A DNA stretch of 64,000 nt from Candidatus Omnitrophota bacterium. Its GTDB lineage: Bacteria > Omnitrophota > Gorgyraeia > Gorgyraeales > Gorgyraeaceae. A program made the position numbers and the translations under genes. The notes under the pieces were generated by a model. The model searched no databases. It had not been told where the DNA came from and worked only from the letters and a program-made list of their open reading frames with translations. The DNA lies in contig JBDRJN010000005.1 of assembly GCA_043814965.1 (NCBI GenBank), positions 4,858-68,857 on the forward strand, given 5' to 3'. Positions 20,390-30,376 of this stretch are shown one piece after another (within the stretch, counting starts at the first letter, position 1; each line of letters begins with the position of its first letter).

Positions 20390-21268
20390 TTAGTTACTCC
20401 CACCAGGTAGGACATCTTTGGTCCTTTTCCCAACAACTGTAAACAATTTTCGCTTTTCACCATAAAGCTTTTGATAATGATATGATACTGTGCTCTCTTC
20501 AAAACCAAGTATACCAAGAAATTTTACAATAACCTCTGGGGATAAAACCCACCAGGTATCTTTATGTGTAAGTGTCTTGAAATCTGGCAAAAACTCCATA
20601 TAAGGCACTTTATATTCATTCAAAACTTTTTTCTGAAAAAATATATTCCTCTTGATAGAAAGAATAAAACACTTAAAAAAAGAACCTGATGAGAAAGTAA
20701 GGGTATCTCTTGGAGCGATATCTGTCACTATAACAGTTTCTTTAACAAGGCTCAAAGTGCTTTGAAGCGCAAGGAATGGATTCTGCAGATGAAGCAAAAT
20801 ACAACAAAACGTAGCTATATCAACCTTACCGATCTCCTCTGGAATCTTGTAAACAGACCCGTAAACTGCTTTTGCCTTTGAATTGTATGCTTTATGCGCA
20901 TACCAGTATGAATTTTTAAGTCTCTTGCAATATTCTTTGAATTTTTGTATGTTTCCTCTATAATCGTATTGAGAAAACGGCACCATGTCCCACTCTTGAT
21001 TTTCGCCAATGTCATATGAGACTATTTCGGCTCCTCTTTTTTCCATTTCAAAACAAAGAAAACCACTTGCTGTACCTAACTCCAACACTCTCTTTGCCTT
21101 GAAATCAACGTTACCAAGATATTTGTCTACATTCCCTCTAAGATCCCATTTTCCAATAACAAGCCCATTGCCAGGGATATCCATATAATGGTAAAAATCA
21201 CACTCTTTAATATCTTCAACTGGGTATGGTTTTGCATAAATATTATTTTTAAAGTTTTCGATAGTCAT
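20390..21268 (-). CDS. Class I SAM-dependent methyltransferase
   Basis: 'RVLELGTASGFLCFEMEKRGAEIVSYDIG' (motif I plus acidic residue) and 'FCCILLHLQNP'. Confidence 0.55.
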   Translation of the reverse strand: MTIENFKNNIYAKPYPVEDIKECDFYHYMDIPGNGLVIGKWDLRGNVDKYLGNVDFKAKRVLELGTASGFLCFEMEKRGAEIVSYDIGENQEWDMVPFSQYDYRGNIQKFKEYCKRLKNSYWYAHKAYNSKAKAVYGSVYKIPEEIGKVDIATFCCILLHLQNPFLALQSTLSLVKETVIVTDIAPRDTLTFSSGSFFKCFILSIKRNIFFQKKVLNEYKVPYMEFLPDFKTLTHKDTWWVLSPEVIVKFLGILGFEESTVSYHYQKLYGEKRKLFTVVGKRTKDVLPGGSN

Positions 21269-21290
21269 ACCTAAACCTTTCTGTCGCCTT

Positions 21291-21980
21291 CTACATACAC
21301 TTTGAAGGATTATTTATCTCTGTATCTATTTTTTTTACTACACAAGCGGGATTACCTGCCACCATAGTATTAGATTCTACATCTTCAACTACAACTGATC
21401 CAGCTGCTATAATTGCATTATCTCCTATTGCAACTCCCCGGAATATAGCTGAATTAAAACCTATCCATACTCGTTTACCAATGCGAATTGGTGCAGACGG
21501 AACTATAGGCCTCGTACCATGTGTATCACCCATTTGAATTCGCCAATCTTGTTCTCTTAAATATGGGTCCAGGGGATGTCCTCTTGTATCGATAATATGG
21601 ACTCCATGTGCGATCATAGTTAGTTGCCCAATCTCTATATAATTTTCTGCGCTAATTATAGTATCGTCTCCTATATAGACTTCATCACCGATAAAAATGC
21701 AACCATTTCCTCTAGTGCCACACCTGAGTAACCCTCTACAAAACACTCTATTACCAAGTCTTATATCTTCACGCCTACCACTATTTACACACCATGCATT
21801 TGGTCCTATACGACAGTCTTGTCCCATAATACTATTTTTCTTAAATACTTCCCATGCTAACTGTGCTTTTTGTGTCTCAAACCATTTAATAAAAATACTA
21901 ATGAACGGAAAAAGAACAGAGAGCCTTTTGTCCTCAAAAATCTTTCCCCTCGCATAAGCATGAGACGAATCTCTTGGCAT
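21291..21980 (-). CDS. Left-handed beta-helix (hexapeptide-repeat) acyl/acetyltransferase
   Basis: Repeated hexapeptides 'IFIGDEVYIGDDTIISAENYIEIG' and 'IGKRVWIGFNSAIFRGVAIGDNAIIAAGSVVVEDVESNTMVAGNPA'. Confidence 0.7.
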   Translation of the reverse strand: MPRDSSHAYARGKIFEDKRLSVLFPFISIFIKWFETQKAQLAWEVFKKNSIMGQDCRIGPNAWCVNSGRREDIRLGNRVFCRGLLRCGTRGNGCIFIGDEVYIGDDTIISAENYIEIGQLTMIAHGVHIIDTRGHPLDPYLREQDWRIQMGDTHGTRPIVPSAPIRIGKRVWIGFNSAIFRGVAIGDNAIIAAGSVVVEDVESNTMVAGNPACVVKKIDTEINNPSKCM

Positions 21981-22050
21981 TTTTTCTCCTTTATTTAATA
22001 AAAGTATACTTTATAATATCAACTCGCAGAAACCGTATTACATACAAGCT

Positions 22051-23766
22051 TCATGAAAGACCAATCCAATCGTAATTAAGAAGATGGCGATATTTATTCT
22101 TTATCTGAATTTGAAACATCTTATACATCCTGTCCTCAGAGAATTTTGTATTCTGAACCATCTCCTTTGCATCCATCCAAAGACGCTTTTCGTCATAATC
22201 GCCAAAAGCACTAAATACAGGGCTAAGATCGCTTGTCACCTTAGACAAAACTAAATAAATATACGAAAAAACCTTTGCCTTTTCAACCTCTATTTTGCTC
22301 AATGACTTAAAAGTGTGTACATTTTTTAGGATCGAAAAATACTCGTCCTTTGTCTTTGGTTCATGGGTAAACCCCAAACCAGAATATATAGTTTCTCCGC
22401 CTATGACGCAAGGAATGCCAAAAACAGAATATTCATATCCAGCACTGCCATGCGTTGTCAATATAACATTCACTATAGATGGCAAAGAACCTGTATTAAC
22501 ATTTTCTGGAAAAAGCTTGATATGTTTACAATTTTTTGCCAACCTTTTATATTCTTTCTTCGCTGTTGTCTTAACATCATTTATCTCATCCCATGGATGG
22601 GGTTTTATTAACCAATTAACATGATCAAGGGCTTTAGCTTCCATTAACGTGACTCGAAGCCATGTTAATGGATCCTTGAATAAACTCCAGCTATTCGCAA
22701 ATACCACTTCTGTCATCATATTTGACATTACGCCAACAATAGGCCGATCAACATCCCATCCAAACCTGTCACATAACTCCTGACGTGAGATAACAGGATT
22801 CTCTTTTTTAAAAGCATCATAACTAACATCACTATCAATCTGTATATATTCTGACTTGAATCTTTTATTTATATATTTTCCGCCTGAACAAACTGCTTCT
22901 ATTCTATGACTCTGCCATACATATTCAAAAAGCTTGCGTTCAAACCTGCCAACATCTTTAAAAGCTCTATCTATACCTTTAAATCTACATACTGTAAAAC
23001 TCTTTGGCTTGCCGCCTCTAGAATACACTACGGTTCCATTTTTCAAAGCAACTTGATATACGATTGCTCCAGGCATAAACTGCCTATCAGATTGGATCAA
23101 AACAGGAAACGCGTTACAATCAAACAATTTTTTAAGATAATCCTGGTAGCATAGCGCTTCTCTCATATAACTAATAAAAACTGGCTGAATGCTGTCAGCT
23201 GTCCCGAAACCAGATGTTCTCAAATAAGTATCGTAAACTATCTTTCCTATATGGACATCTTCCAGCTTAAGATTCAAAAAATCATCAATATTTTTCAACT
23301 CTCCAAATATGTGTACAGCTTTAGAAGTATAGCGTATAAAATCCAGCGCACTATTATTTCTATCGCTCAGGTAGAAAAATTTACTAATACCGTAGGATTT
23401 GAATAAGAGTTCAAGCTTTCTGTCTCGTTTATGTAAAAGCGCTGCTCCTTGAATGCCATAAACATCCATAACATATCTTCCAATAATTAAATTCAGTAAA
23501 ACATACCCCATGTGATTGACAAGGCCTTCGATCAAAACATACTGTTGGCCATTTTTAATCACTTTTTTATCAACTTGCTGCCATAAAAAAGCATTGGTAT
23601 TCAAAAACTCCTGAAAAGCTTTTTCAATATCATCATTTTCTTTATCTGCTTTTGACAAAATATTAGGTCTGCTTTTAAGTTGTGCTATGCGTTTGGGTAG
23701 CGACATTAACAATAGAACAAAGTACTTAAACAGTAAGAAATAGGTTCTTAAATTATATTTAATCAT
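22051..23766 (-). CDS. GT-B-fold capsule/teichoic-type polysaccharide biosynthesis protein (KpsC/KpsS- or TagF-like). It is a candidate glycosyl- or nonulosonate-transferase
   Basis: C-terminal 'HVNWLIKPHPWDEIND...SIVNVILTTHGSAGYEYSVFGIPCVIGG' shows the HP catalytic motif and the SS/TT-x-gfE-x-G-P pattern shared by Capsule_synth and Glyphos_transf families. The precise family is uncertain. Confidence 0.4.
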   Translation of the reverse strand: MIKYNLRTYFLLFKYFVLLLMSLPKRIAQLKSRPNILSKADKENDDIEKAFQEFLNTNAFLWQQVDKKVIKNGQQYVLIEGLVNHMGYVLLNLIIGRYVMDVYGIQGAALLHKRDRKLELLFKSYGISKFFYLSDRNNSALDFIRYTSKAVHIFGELKNIDDFLNLKLEDVHIGKIVYDTYLRTSGFGTADSIQPVFISYMREALCYQDYLKKLFDCNAFPVLIQSDRQFMPGAIVYQVALKNGTVVYSRGGKPKSFTVCRFKGIDRAFKDVGRFERKLFEYVWQSHRIEAVCSGGKYINKRFKSEYIQIDSDVSYDAFKKENPVISRQELCDRFGWDVDRPIVGVMSNMMTEVVFANSWSLFKDPLTWLRVTLMEAKALDHVNWLIKPHPWDEINDVKTTAKKEYKRLAKNCKHIKLFPENVNTGSLPSIVNVILTTHGSAGYEYSVFGIPCVIGGETIYSGLGFTHEPKTKDEYFSILKNVHTFKSLSKIEVEKAKVFSYIYLVLSKVTSDLSPVFSAFGDYDEKRLWMDAKEMVQNTKFSEDRMYKMFQIQIKNKYRHLLNYDWIGLS

Positions 23767-25154
23767 GTCTGACGAAATCCTCTGAAGTTTAAGTTTTTTT
23801 CGTTATATAGTTTTTTGGCTTGTTCTGTGCACAATGACTGTCTTTTTTTAAAAAAATTGCCTATTAGCCTTGTATTTGCGTCCAATAGGCAAGAATAAAA
23901 TTCTGCATCGCTTAGATCTGTAAAATTCACTGTCAATAAATCAGAGTTTAGATGCTTATTTTCATAAAAATCTTCCACATCTTTTAATAATCCTTTTTCT
24001 ATAGCATAATAGTATAATGGACTGCCAGGATATGGAGTGACTGGCCTAATTGTCCTTAACTGAGAATCATCGCTATATCTCAGCAAAAATTCCAACCCTT
24101 TTTGTAAAGTTTCTTTTGTTTCACCAATATTTCCAAATATTATATTAAGGCCTGGGCTTATTCCAGAGTCAATTGTATTTCTCACTCCTTCATGAATAAT
24201 TTTAACCGTAAGCCCTTTTTTCATTATATCTAGGGCCTCTTGGTCCATAGATTCAATACCGTAATTAATAAACACGCAACCTGCTTTTTTCATCAATTTT
24301 AAAACTTTTGGTTTTGCAAAATTCAGCCTTCCATTGCAATCCCACCTGAATTTTACACCCGAATCAATTATCGCTTCGCATAATTCAATCGTTCTTTTTT
24401 CGGAACTCATTAAAAGATCGTCTGAAAATTCAATAGCTGAGATGTTATAGTCTTTTTGCAAAAGCTTAATTTCCTCTAAGATATTATCGGCACTCCTTGG
24501 CCTAAAACCTTTGTCCATCCTATAACAAAAATTACATTTAAAGATACATCCTCTTCCAGATAAAACAGGCATATGCCTATCGTTATTGGCAAAACCTTTT
24601 ACAGGCCTCATGAGCGCATAATGATCTATAGGAAACAGCTCATATGCTGGGAAATCTATGTCGTCAATATTTTGAATAAGCGGTCTTGGTAGGTTGATTA
24701 CACATTTCCCGGAATTATTATAAGCTATGCCCTTTATCAAAGAAAGATCTTTTCTGCTCTCCAGGGCTTCTACAATCTCAAGGATAGTTATCTCTCCTTC
24801 GCCAATAACTATCGCATCAGCTTGTGTTTTTTTCATAAAATAGCTAGGTTCAGGGGCTGAGCCATGGCCTCCTAGAATATAAAAAGGTCTGTTCTTTGAT
24901 TGATTGATGGCATCCGATAAAAGCAATAATTTTTTATACTGGTAATATCCGCCGATTATACTCAAGCCTACTATATCAAAATCCATATTGTTAAGATAAT
25001 TCTTTAGATGAAGCTCCGACCAGTGATAAACATCCTGGTTATATATTGTTACCTCATGCCCATTTTCTTTCAAAACCCTGGCAATATATGCAATACCCTG
25101 GGGAAAATATGACACAAGTGAATCATTATCATAAACGATCAGTAATATTTTCAT
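23763..25154 (-). CDS. Cobalamin-binding (class B) radical SAM enzyme
   Basis: An N-terminal B12-binding Rossmann fold 'KILLIVYDNDSLVSYFPQGIAYIARVLKENGHEVTIY' precedes the radical SAM CxxxCxxC motif 'SGRGCIFKCNFCY'. Confidence 0.8.
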   Translation of the reverse strand: MKILLIVYDNDSLVSYFPQGIAYIARVLKENGHEVTIYNQDVYHWSELHLKNYLNNMDFDIVGLSIIGGYYQYKKLLLLSDAINQSKNRPFYILGGHGSAPEPSYFMKKTQADAIVIGEGEITILEIVEALESRKDLSLIKGIAYNNSGKCVINLPRPLIQNIDDIDFPAYELFPIDHYALMRPVKGFANNDRHMPVLSGRGCIFKCNFCYRMDKGFRPRSADNILEEIKLLQKDYNISAIEFSDDLLMSSEKRTIELCEAIIDSGVKFRWDCNGRLNFAKPKVLKLMKKAGCVFINYGIESMDQEALDIMKKGLTVKIIHEGVRNTIDSGISPGLNIIFGNIGETKETLQKGLEFLLRYSDDSQLRTIRPVTPYPGSPLYYYAIEKGLLKDVEDFYENKHLNSDLLTVNFTDLSDAEFYSCLLDANTRLIGNFFKKRQSLCTEQAKKLYNEKNLNFRGFRQT

Positions 25155-25870
25155 TTGAGTGTTTTTTGTAAATCTGGAGATTTTTTATTAACTATAAATT
25201 CTGCGAATTTGAAATCCAGTTCATCGTCTATATCAAGTGATGGAATACGCCCCATTAAATAATAAGTAGTTTTCGGAGTATAAAAGGTTCTGTATTTTAA
25301 AAAATCTGAACATCTCATTATATAAATAGCTCCATTAACGATAAATAATTTCGATAAATCCTGCTGGCTAGAATCGGCAATAAACTCTTTCAAAAACCCG
25401 CTTGCCTGAATAGTTTTCGTCAAACAGGGATTTTTGTTTATCCTACCGATTGAAATTAATGATAGCGCTTTTTTAAAATTAACAAATTTTTTAATAGCTT
25501 TATCTAAATAGGCATGGTCTCTAAATGGAGAGGTAGGTTGTAACAGACAAAAAAAATCATACTGTTTGTTTTCCTTATTATTTAACCAATTAAGGGCATG
25601 AATAATAAACTCACTGCTTGGTGAAATGTCTGTCGCAAATTTAGCGGGTCTTTTAAATGGGACCTCAATATTATATTTTTTAGCTATAGAAACGACTTCG
25701 TCTGAATCCGTAGAAACAATTATTCTATCTATATATTCTGACTTCCTGGCCGCTTCTATAGTATATGCTATTAAAGGTCTACCTCCTAAGTCCCTCGTAT
25801 TCTTCCCAGTCACTCTTTTTGACCCTTTTCTTGCAGGGATCAAAGCTAACAATGTTTTTTTTCTATACAT
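25151..25870 (-). CDS. CMP-nonulosonic acid synthetase (acylneuraminate cytidylyltransferase family; NeuA/LegF/PseF-like)
   Basis: 'ALIPARKGSKRVTGKNTRDLGGRPLIAYTIEAARKSEYIDRIIVSTDSDEVVSIAKKYNIEV' matches the CTP_transf_3 N-terminus. The start was chosen at the internal ATG (MYRKK), which removes the overlap with the upstream gene. The six-frame ORF extends to 25960. Confidence 0.8.
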   Translation of the reverse strand: MYRKKTLLALIPARKGSKRVTGKNTRDLGGRPLIAYTIEAARKSEYIDRIIVSTDSDEVVSIAKKYNIEVPFKRPAKFATDISPSSEFIIHALNWLNNKENKQYDFFCLLQPTSPFRDHAYLDKAIKKFVNFKKALSLISIGRINKNPCLTKTIQASGFLKEFIADSSQQDLSKLFIVNGAIYIMRCSDFLKYRTFYTPKTTYYLMGRIPSLDIDDELDFKFAEFIVNKKSPDLQKTLK

Positions 25871-25895
25871 AGCAACCTGACGTCTGTTTAACTGA

Positions 25896-26957
25896 CTATA
25901 ACTTATTAAAGACTTTTTTGTACTCTTCCCATTGGCCAATATCCACGTAATCTCTTCCATTTATAGGGTACATCATGACTTTTTTATTGTTTTCTATAAG
26001 TTTTTTCACCAAATCTGTCATATCAAAATATGAATCTTTCGGTATAAACTGTAAGGATTCCTTGTTGAGTATGTAGACTCCGGCATTTACCGTAAAAGTG
26101 TACTCCGGCTTTTCTAAAATAGATTCGACTTCTCCGCCTTCCTTAAACTTTACTATCCCATAAGGAATTTTATAGTGCTGAATAGGGGATAAAATTGTCA
26201 TTACTGATCTCTGTTCTTTATGAAAACTCACCACGTCTTCAAAATCAGCTTTAACAATAACATCGCAATTAGAGACTATGAATAGATCTCCTATTTTGTT
26301 TTCTAAAAGCTTTAAACTACCTGCTGTTCCTAAAAATTCCTTTTCTACTAGATATTTAATCTCATAATCTCTTTCTATTCCATTAAAATATGACTTGATT
26401 ATCTCGCTTTTATGGTTTAACGTTATAAAATATTCATTGGCGCCCTGCTGTTTGAATTCCTCTATGATTATCTCGATGATAGGCTTATCGCCTATAGGGA
26501 TTAAGGGCTTAGGGAGGACCTTGGTAAATGGGTCTAACCTTGAACCTTTTCCACCTGCCATAATAACCACGGGTATATTGATCTTGCCATTATTGGTTAT
26601 TTTGGTTTTATCTTCAAAAAATACCTCGTTCCATGTAACAAAATCTACAACCTTATTTCCTTCATCTAATATTGGGAGTAAATCTATCCTATCCCTAATG
26701 AATATTTTTCTTACCAGATCTATTGAATAATTTTCTTTTTTGATATAATTAGGCTTCCTGTTATAGACTTCGCTGATATTGTTTTCCAAGCTTTTGCCGG
26801 TCAATATATAACGTCTGATATCCCCATCTGTTATAGTCCCCAATAATCTATTCTGGTCGTCTATCACCAGCAGAACTTTTTTCCCGCCTTCATTTAGACT
26901 TTTTAAAGCGTCTTTTATAGACTTTGATTGATAAATTAGAACATCCTTTTGGAACAT
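25896..26957 (-). CDS. CBS-domain nucleotidyltransferase (PtmE-like sugar-1-phosphate guanylyl/nucleotidyl-transferase)
   Basis: An N-terminal CBS pair 'LLGTITDGDIRRYIL' precedes the NTP_transferase motif 'VIMAGGKGSRLDPFTKVLPKPLIPIGDKPIIE'. Confidence 0.75.
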   Translation of the reverse strand: MFQKDVLIYQSKSIKDALKSLNEGGKKVLLVIDDQNRLLGTITDGDIRRYILTGKSLENNISEVYNRKPNYIKKENYSIDLVRKIFIRDRIDLLPILDEGNKVVDFVTWNEVFFEDKTKITNNGKINIPVVIMAGGKGSRLDPFTKVLPKPLIPIGDKPIIEIIIEEFKQQGANEYFITLNHKSEIIKSYFNGIERDYEIKYLVEKEFLGTAGSLKLLENKIGDLFIVSNCDVIVKADFEDVVSFHKEQRSVMTILSPIQHYKIPYGIVKFKEGGEVESILEKPEYTFTVNAGVYILNKESLQFIPKDSYFDMTDLVKKLIENNKKVMMYPINGRDYVDIGQWEEYKKVFNKL

Positions 26958-26959
26958 TT

Positions 26960-28138
26960 CTATCCTCTCTGTTTAAAGTCTATATCAAAAAAAGATTTTT
27001 TTAAACTATTGGGGACATCATACCTTTTTAATATATACTTGATTTTTTTTGCAGTATTGCCATTGCCATATGGGTTAGTTATGCTTTTAAGGGATCTTTT
27101 AAATTTTTTGGAATATATCCTTTTTATAGCTTTCCTTATATCTTCTTTTTGCGGTTTGCAATCTATAACGTTCTTCGCTTTAATCCTTCCCTTCTGTCTA
27201 TCCCCAATATTGACCGCTCCTATTTTGAAACTCGGGGCTTCTATAATAGCGCTGGATGAATTTCCGACTACAGCATCCATAAATCGCATTGTTGATAAAT
27301 ATAAGGTCTGGCCCATCGATGTAAACGCTTTAGCCTTATCTGGATTTTTAGACACATAATTATCTATCATTTTATTAATGATCCTGCCGTGGGTATCAGC
27401 ATTTGATCCTGTGAAAATTATATTTGTATCATTTAACTCATCTAGCGCAGCAATCAAGTTCTGGAATTGCTTGCCTGCTGTATCGTCTTCTAGAGTAACC
27501 GGATGAAAAGTAACTAACAAATTATGCTTATTCAACTTAAAACCTAATTTCGGCTCTAATGCTTTTCTGGTTAATAATTTCAGCTGCTTTATATTATCTA
27601 TTCCTATCGCTCCGACATTAAAAACTCTCTTAGGCGCTTCGCCTAATTGAATTATACGTTTTTTATACTTTTTAATGGCAGTAAAATGCAAATTACTCAT
27701 TTTAGTTATAGAATGTCTTATCGCCTCGTCAATGGCCCCAAAAGTAGCCTCACCTCCATATAAATGAGCTATAGGAATCCTTGAAACCATCGCTGCTATA
27801 ACTGCTGATAACATTTCAAATCTGTCTCCGATAATCACAATAATATCAGGTTTCAACCTATTATAAGCTTCACTTAAACTTATTAATCCTAATCCCATAG
27901 ACTTACTCAAACCTATAGGCGTATCAGAACTTAATAAGATCTCTATTTTTTCATTTATTTTAAAGCCATCTTTTTCCAACTCTTTATAAGTTAAATTAAA
28001 TTCCGGGGACATATGCATTCCAGAAACAATGAGCTGAAGCTGTAATTCTTTATCTTTTTTTATCTCATCCATTAAAGGCTTTAAAAGTCCGTATTCAGCC
28101 CTAGAACCTGTGAATATACAAATTTTTCTCTTCACCAT
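26960..28138 (-). CDS. UDP-N-acetylglucosamine 2-epimerase (hydrolysing), NeuC/LegG family
   Basis: 'KICIFTGSRAEYGLLKPLMDEIKKDKELQLQLIVSGMHMSPEFNLTY', 'IGDRFEMLSAVIAAM' and 'HLYGGEATFGAIDE'. Confidence 0.8.
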   Translation of the reverse strand: MVKRKICIFTGSRAEYGLLKPLMDEIKKDKELQLQLIVSGMHMSPEFNLTYKELEKDGFKINEKIEILLSSDTPIGLSKSMGLGLISLSEAYNRLKPDIIVIIGDRFEMLSAVIAAMVSRIPIAHLYGGEATFGAIDEAIRHSITKMSNLHFTAIKKYKKRIIQLGEAPKRVFNVGAIGIDNIKQLKLLTRKALEPKLGFKLNKHNLLVTFHPVTLEDDTAGKQFQNLIAALDELNDTNIIFTGSNADTHGRIINKMIDNYVSKNPDKAKAFTSMGQTLYLSTMRFMDAVVGNSSSAIIEAPSFKIGAVNIGDRQKGRIKAKNVIDCKPQKEDIRKAIKRIYSKKFKRSLKSITNPYGNGNTAKKIKYILKRYDVPNSLKKSFFDIDFKQRG

Positions 28139-28800
28139 GCCTCCTTTAGTATCATAAAGCTTTCCGCATACTTATATCCAGCTGTTGCTCCTCTGAATAT
28201 AGCTAAAGCTTTTATATTCTTCAGGCTTCTTGGAAATGGGTGCTGGTTAATTTCAGTCTTAAAAATTTTAATAATATCGATCTTTTTATCCAAATAATCA
28301 GTGATATCCACGAAATAATTAGGAATAAAAGCTATTTCTTTTAAGCTTGGAGCAAATTCAGTCTCGCTAATTATTTCCATCGCCAAAATTTTCTTAATGA
28401 ATGGGCAACGAAATTTCTTAGCAGAACTCCATGCTGCTTCAGAAATTATCCTATGATCACTATGTGTGTCCCCCATGAACGGCAAATAAAGTATATTTGG
28501 TTTGACTTGCTGCAAAATTTCTGAGATTTTTTTTATTACTTTATTTATAGGCCACCTCTCTACTTCTATTGTAGGAATTCCCAATTTATAAATACCATCG
28601 AAGCCATACTTTTTTGTGGCAATCTTTATTTCTCTTTCTCTTTGCAAAATCTTTTTTCTGCTAAAACCTTTCTTTTTCTTCATATCTGTGGCGATAAGCC
28701 AATAAACTTTGTCTCCATTCATCTTGTGCCTAAGTATTGTTCCGCCACAACCCAAAGTTTCATCATCAGGATGAACTGCTAATACTAAAACTTTATTCAT
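28132..28800 (-). CDS. PIG-L/LmbE-family N-acetyl-sugar deacetylase
   Basis: 'VLAVHPDDETLGCGGTIL' contains the HPDDE zinc motif. 'GDTHSDHRIISEAA' contains the second His motif. Confidence 0.7.
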   Translation of the reverse strand: MNKVLVLAVHPDDETLGCGGTILRHKMNGDKVYWLIATDMKKKKGFSRKKILQREREIKIATKKYGFDGIYKLGIPTIEVERWPINKVIKKISEILQQVKPNILYLPFMGDTHSDHRIISEAAWSSAKKFRCPFIKKILAMEIISETEFAPSLKEIAFIPNYFVDITDYLDKKIDIIKIFKTEINQHPFPRSLKNIKALAIFRGATAGYKYAESFMILKEAW

Positions 28801-29714
28801 AATAAATACTCCCCAATTTTTGGAAATTCATTAAATTCATGTTTTGTCAAAATAACTGCATTGTTATAACATTTCACTAGTATCTTATTATCGGTTATAT
28901 CCAACACCTTGCCGCTTTCGATATTATCTTGAGTTAACTCTACTTCTTTTGCTTCCCAAATCTTAATATTAACATCATTGTAAAAAATATGCGCCCCTAT
29001 ATATGGCTTTGTCAATGCTCTTACAAGATTATAAACCCCTCTGCTAGTCATTCTAAAATCTATCTTCCCGTCTTCCTCTCTTCTTTTCCGCCAAAAATTC
29101 GCTTTTGTATTGTCTTGGGAAATCCTGCAATAAGTCTTATTTTGTAGCTTTGGCAAAAAATCTCCCATTTGGGTTAAAGCTGTATTTGTAATCTTATTAT
29201 AGAGAGACTTTGCATTGTCTTCATAGGTTATATCTACATATTCTTGGCTTAAAAGATCTCCACCATCAATGCTATCATCTATAAAGAAAAACGTAGAAGC
29301 AGTTCTCTCTAGACCAAGGGCTAAGGCCCAAACAATAGGATGCCTGCCTCTGTTCTGAGGTAGGATTGCAGGATGAAATCCTACAATCCCCATCGGTGCG
29401 CTATATATAATTTCTTTTTTTAAGATCTGTGAAAATCCAAAACAGAAAATTATGTCCGGACTTAACTTTCTAATCCATTCTATATTATCCTGAGAATTGA
29501 TATCGGTAACATATCTGCAGGGAATACCCTTATGGCTACAAAGATCCGACAAATCTGAAAAATCGGCGTTAAAGTCAGATTTTTCTTTGGTTAACACCCC
29601 GACAACATTTGCCTTATAGAATATCAATTGTTTCAGCATGCTTTCACCGAATTTAACTGTTCCTATAAAAACTATTCTCATTAGTTTATTTTTCAAAACA
29701 TGATTTTTCGGCAT
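28797..29714 (-). CDS. Formyltransferase (Fmt/ArnA-N-like). It probably acts as a sugar N-formyltransferase using N10-formyl-THF
   Basis: 'MRIVFIGTVKFGESMLKQLI', 'IIFCFGFSQILKKEI' and 'VGFHPAILPQNRGRHPIVWAL' (the HxSLLPxxRG-type catalytic loop). Confidence 0.7.
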   Translation of the reverse strand: MPKNHVLKNKLMRIVFIGTVKFGESMLKQLIFYKANVVGVLTKEKSDFNADFSDLSDLCSHKGIPCRYVTDINSQDNIEWIRKLSPDIIFCFGFSQILKKEIIYSAPMGIVGFHPAILPQNRGRHPIVWALALGLERTASTFFFIDDSIDGGDLLSQEYVDITYEDNAKSLYNKITNTALTQMGDFLPKLQNKTYCRISQDNTKANFWRKRREEDGKIDFRMTSRGVYNLVRALTKPYIGAHIFYNDVNIKIWEAKEVELTQDNIESGKVLDITDNKILVKCYNNAVILTKHEFNEFPKIGEYLL

Positions 29715-30376
29715 TTTTTAATAGAAGACGCAAAATTTTTGTACACTATCAAACCGCATGGGCCGCTTCGCTCTGGATGAAATTGAAAAGCATGAATATT
29801 GCGATAGTGTATACTTGAACAAAATTCAATATCACCGTATCCTGACATTGTTAAGCACATGCCATGATTCTCTGGTATAACATAATACGAATGGACAAAG
29901 TACATAAACTCGCCGTTTTTTATCCCTTTTAAAAGTAATTCTTCGAATGGTTTATTGCTTAAATCTTTATTTGCTTTATATATCTGATTCCAGCCAACAT
30001 GAGGAACTTTCAGCTGTGTTTCTATATCGTTAACTGGCCTGTTGAAACGAACTGTTTTTCCATTTATGATTCCCAATCCTTCATGATGCCCAAACTCAAA
30101 GCTTTCTGACATTAAAAGCTGCATCCCAAGACATATGCCCATAAAAGGCTTGGATAATGCAGCTTCTTTTAATGCTTCTACTAAACCCAGTCTTCTAATA
30201 TTTTTCATTGCATCACCGAAAGCGCCCACCCCAGGCAAAATAACAGCGTCTGCAGAGTTAATATCATCTACTGACGAGGTAATTAGCCCTTCCATTCCGC
30301 TGTTTTCGCAGGCGTTTTTAACGCTGAATAGATTTCCCATACCATAATTCACAATAGCAACTCTCGGATCACTCAT
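29693..30376 (-). CDS. Glutamine amidotransferase, HisH paralogue (imidazole glycerol phosphate synthase subunit-like)
   Basis: 'VAIVNYGMGNLFSVKNACENSG', 'GICLGMQLL' (catalytic Cys) and 'HSYYV' / 'FHPE' (His-Glu). Confidence 0.8.
   Translation of the reverse strand: MSDPRVAIVNYGMGNLFSVKNACENSGMEGLITSSVDDINSADAVILPGVGAFGDAMKNIRRLGLVEALKEAALSKPFMGICLGMQLLMSESFEFGHHEGLGIINGKTVRFNRPVNDIETQLKVPHVGWNQIYKANKDLSNKPFEELLLKGIKNGEFMYFVHSYYVIPENHGMCLTMSGYGDIEFCSSIHYRNIHAFQFHPERSGPCGLIVYKNFASSIKKCRKIMF

Noticed and set aside
25871-25960. 90-nt overlap between the CBS-nucleotidyltransferase gene and the CMP-synthetase six-frame ORF, considered as a possible frameshift or pseudogene
   Set aside because: An in-frame ATG (MYRKK) at 25870 gives a normal-length cytidylyltransferase whose alignment starts there. 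The overlap is an ORF-caller artefact.
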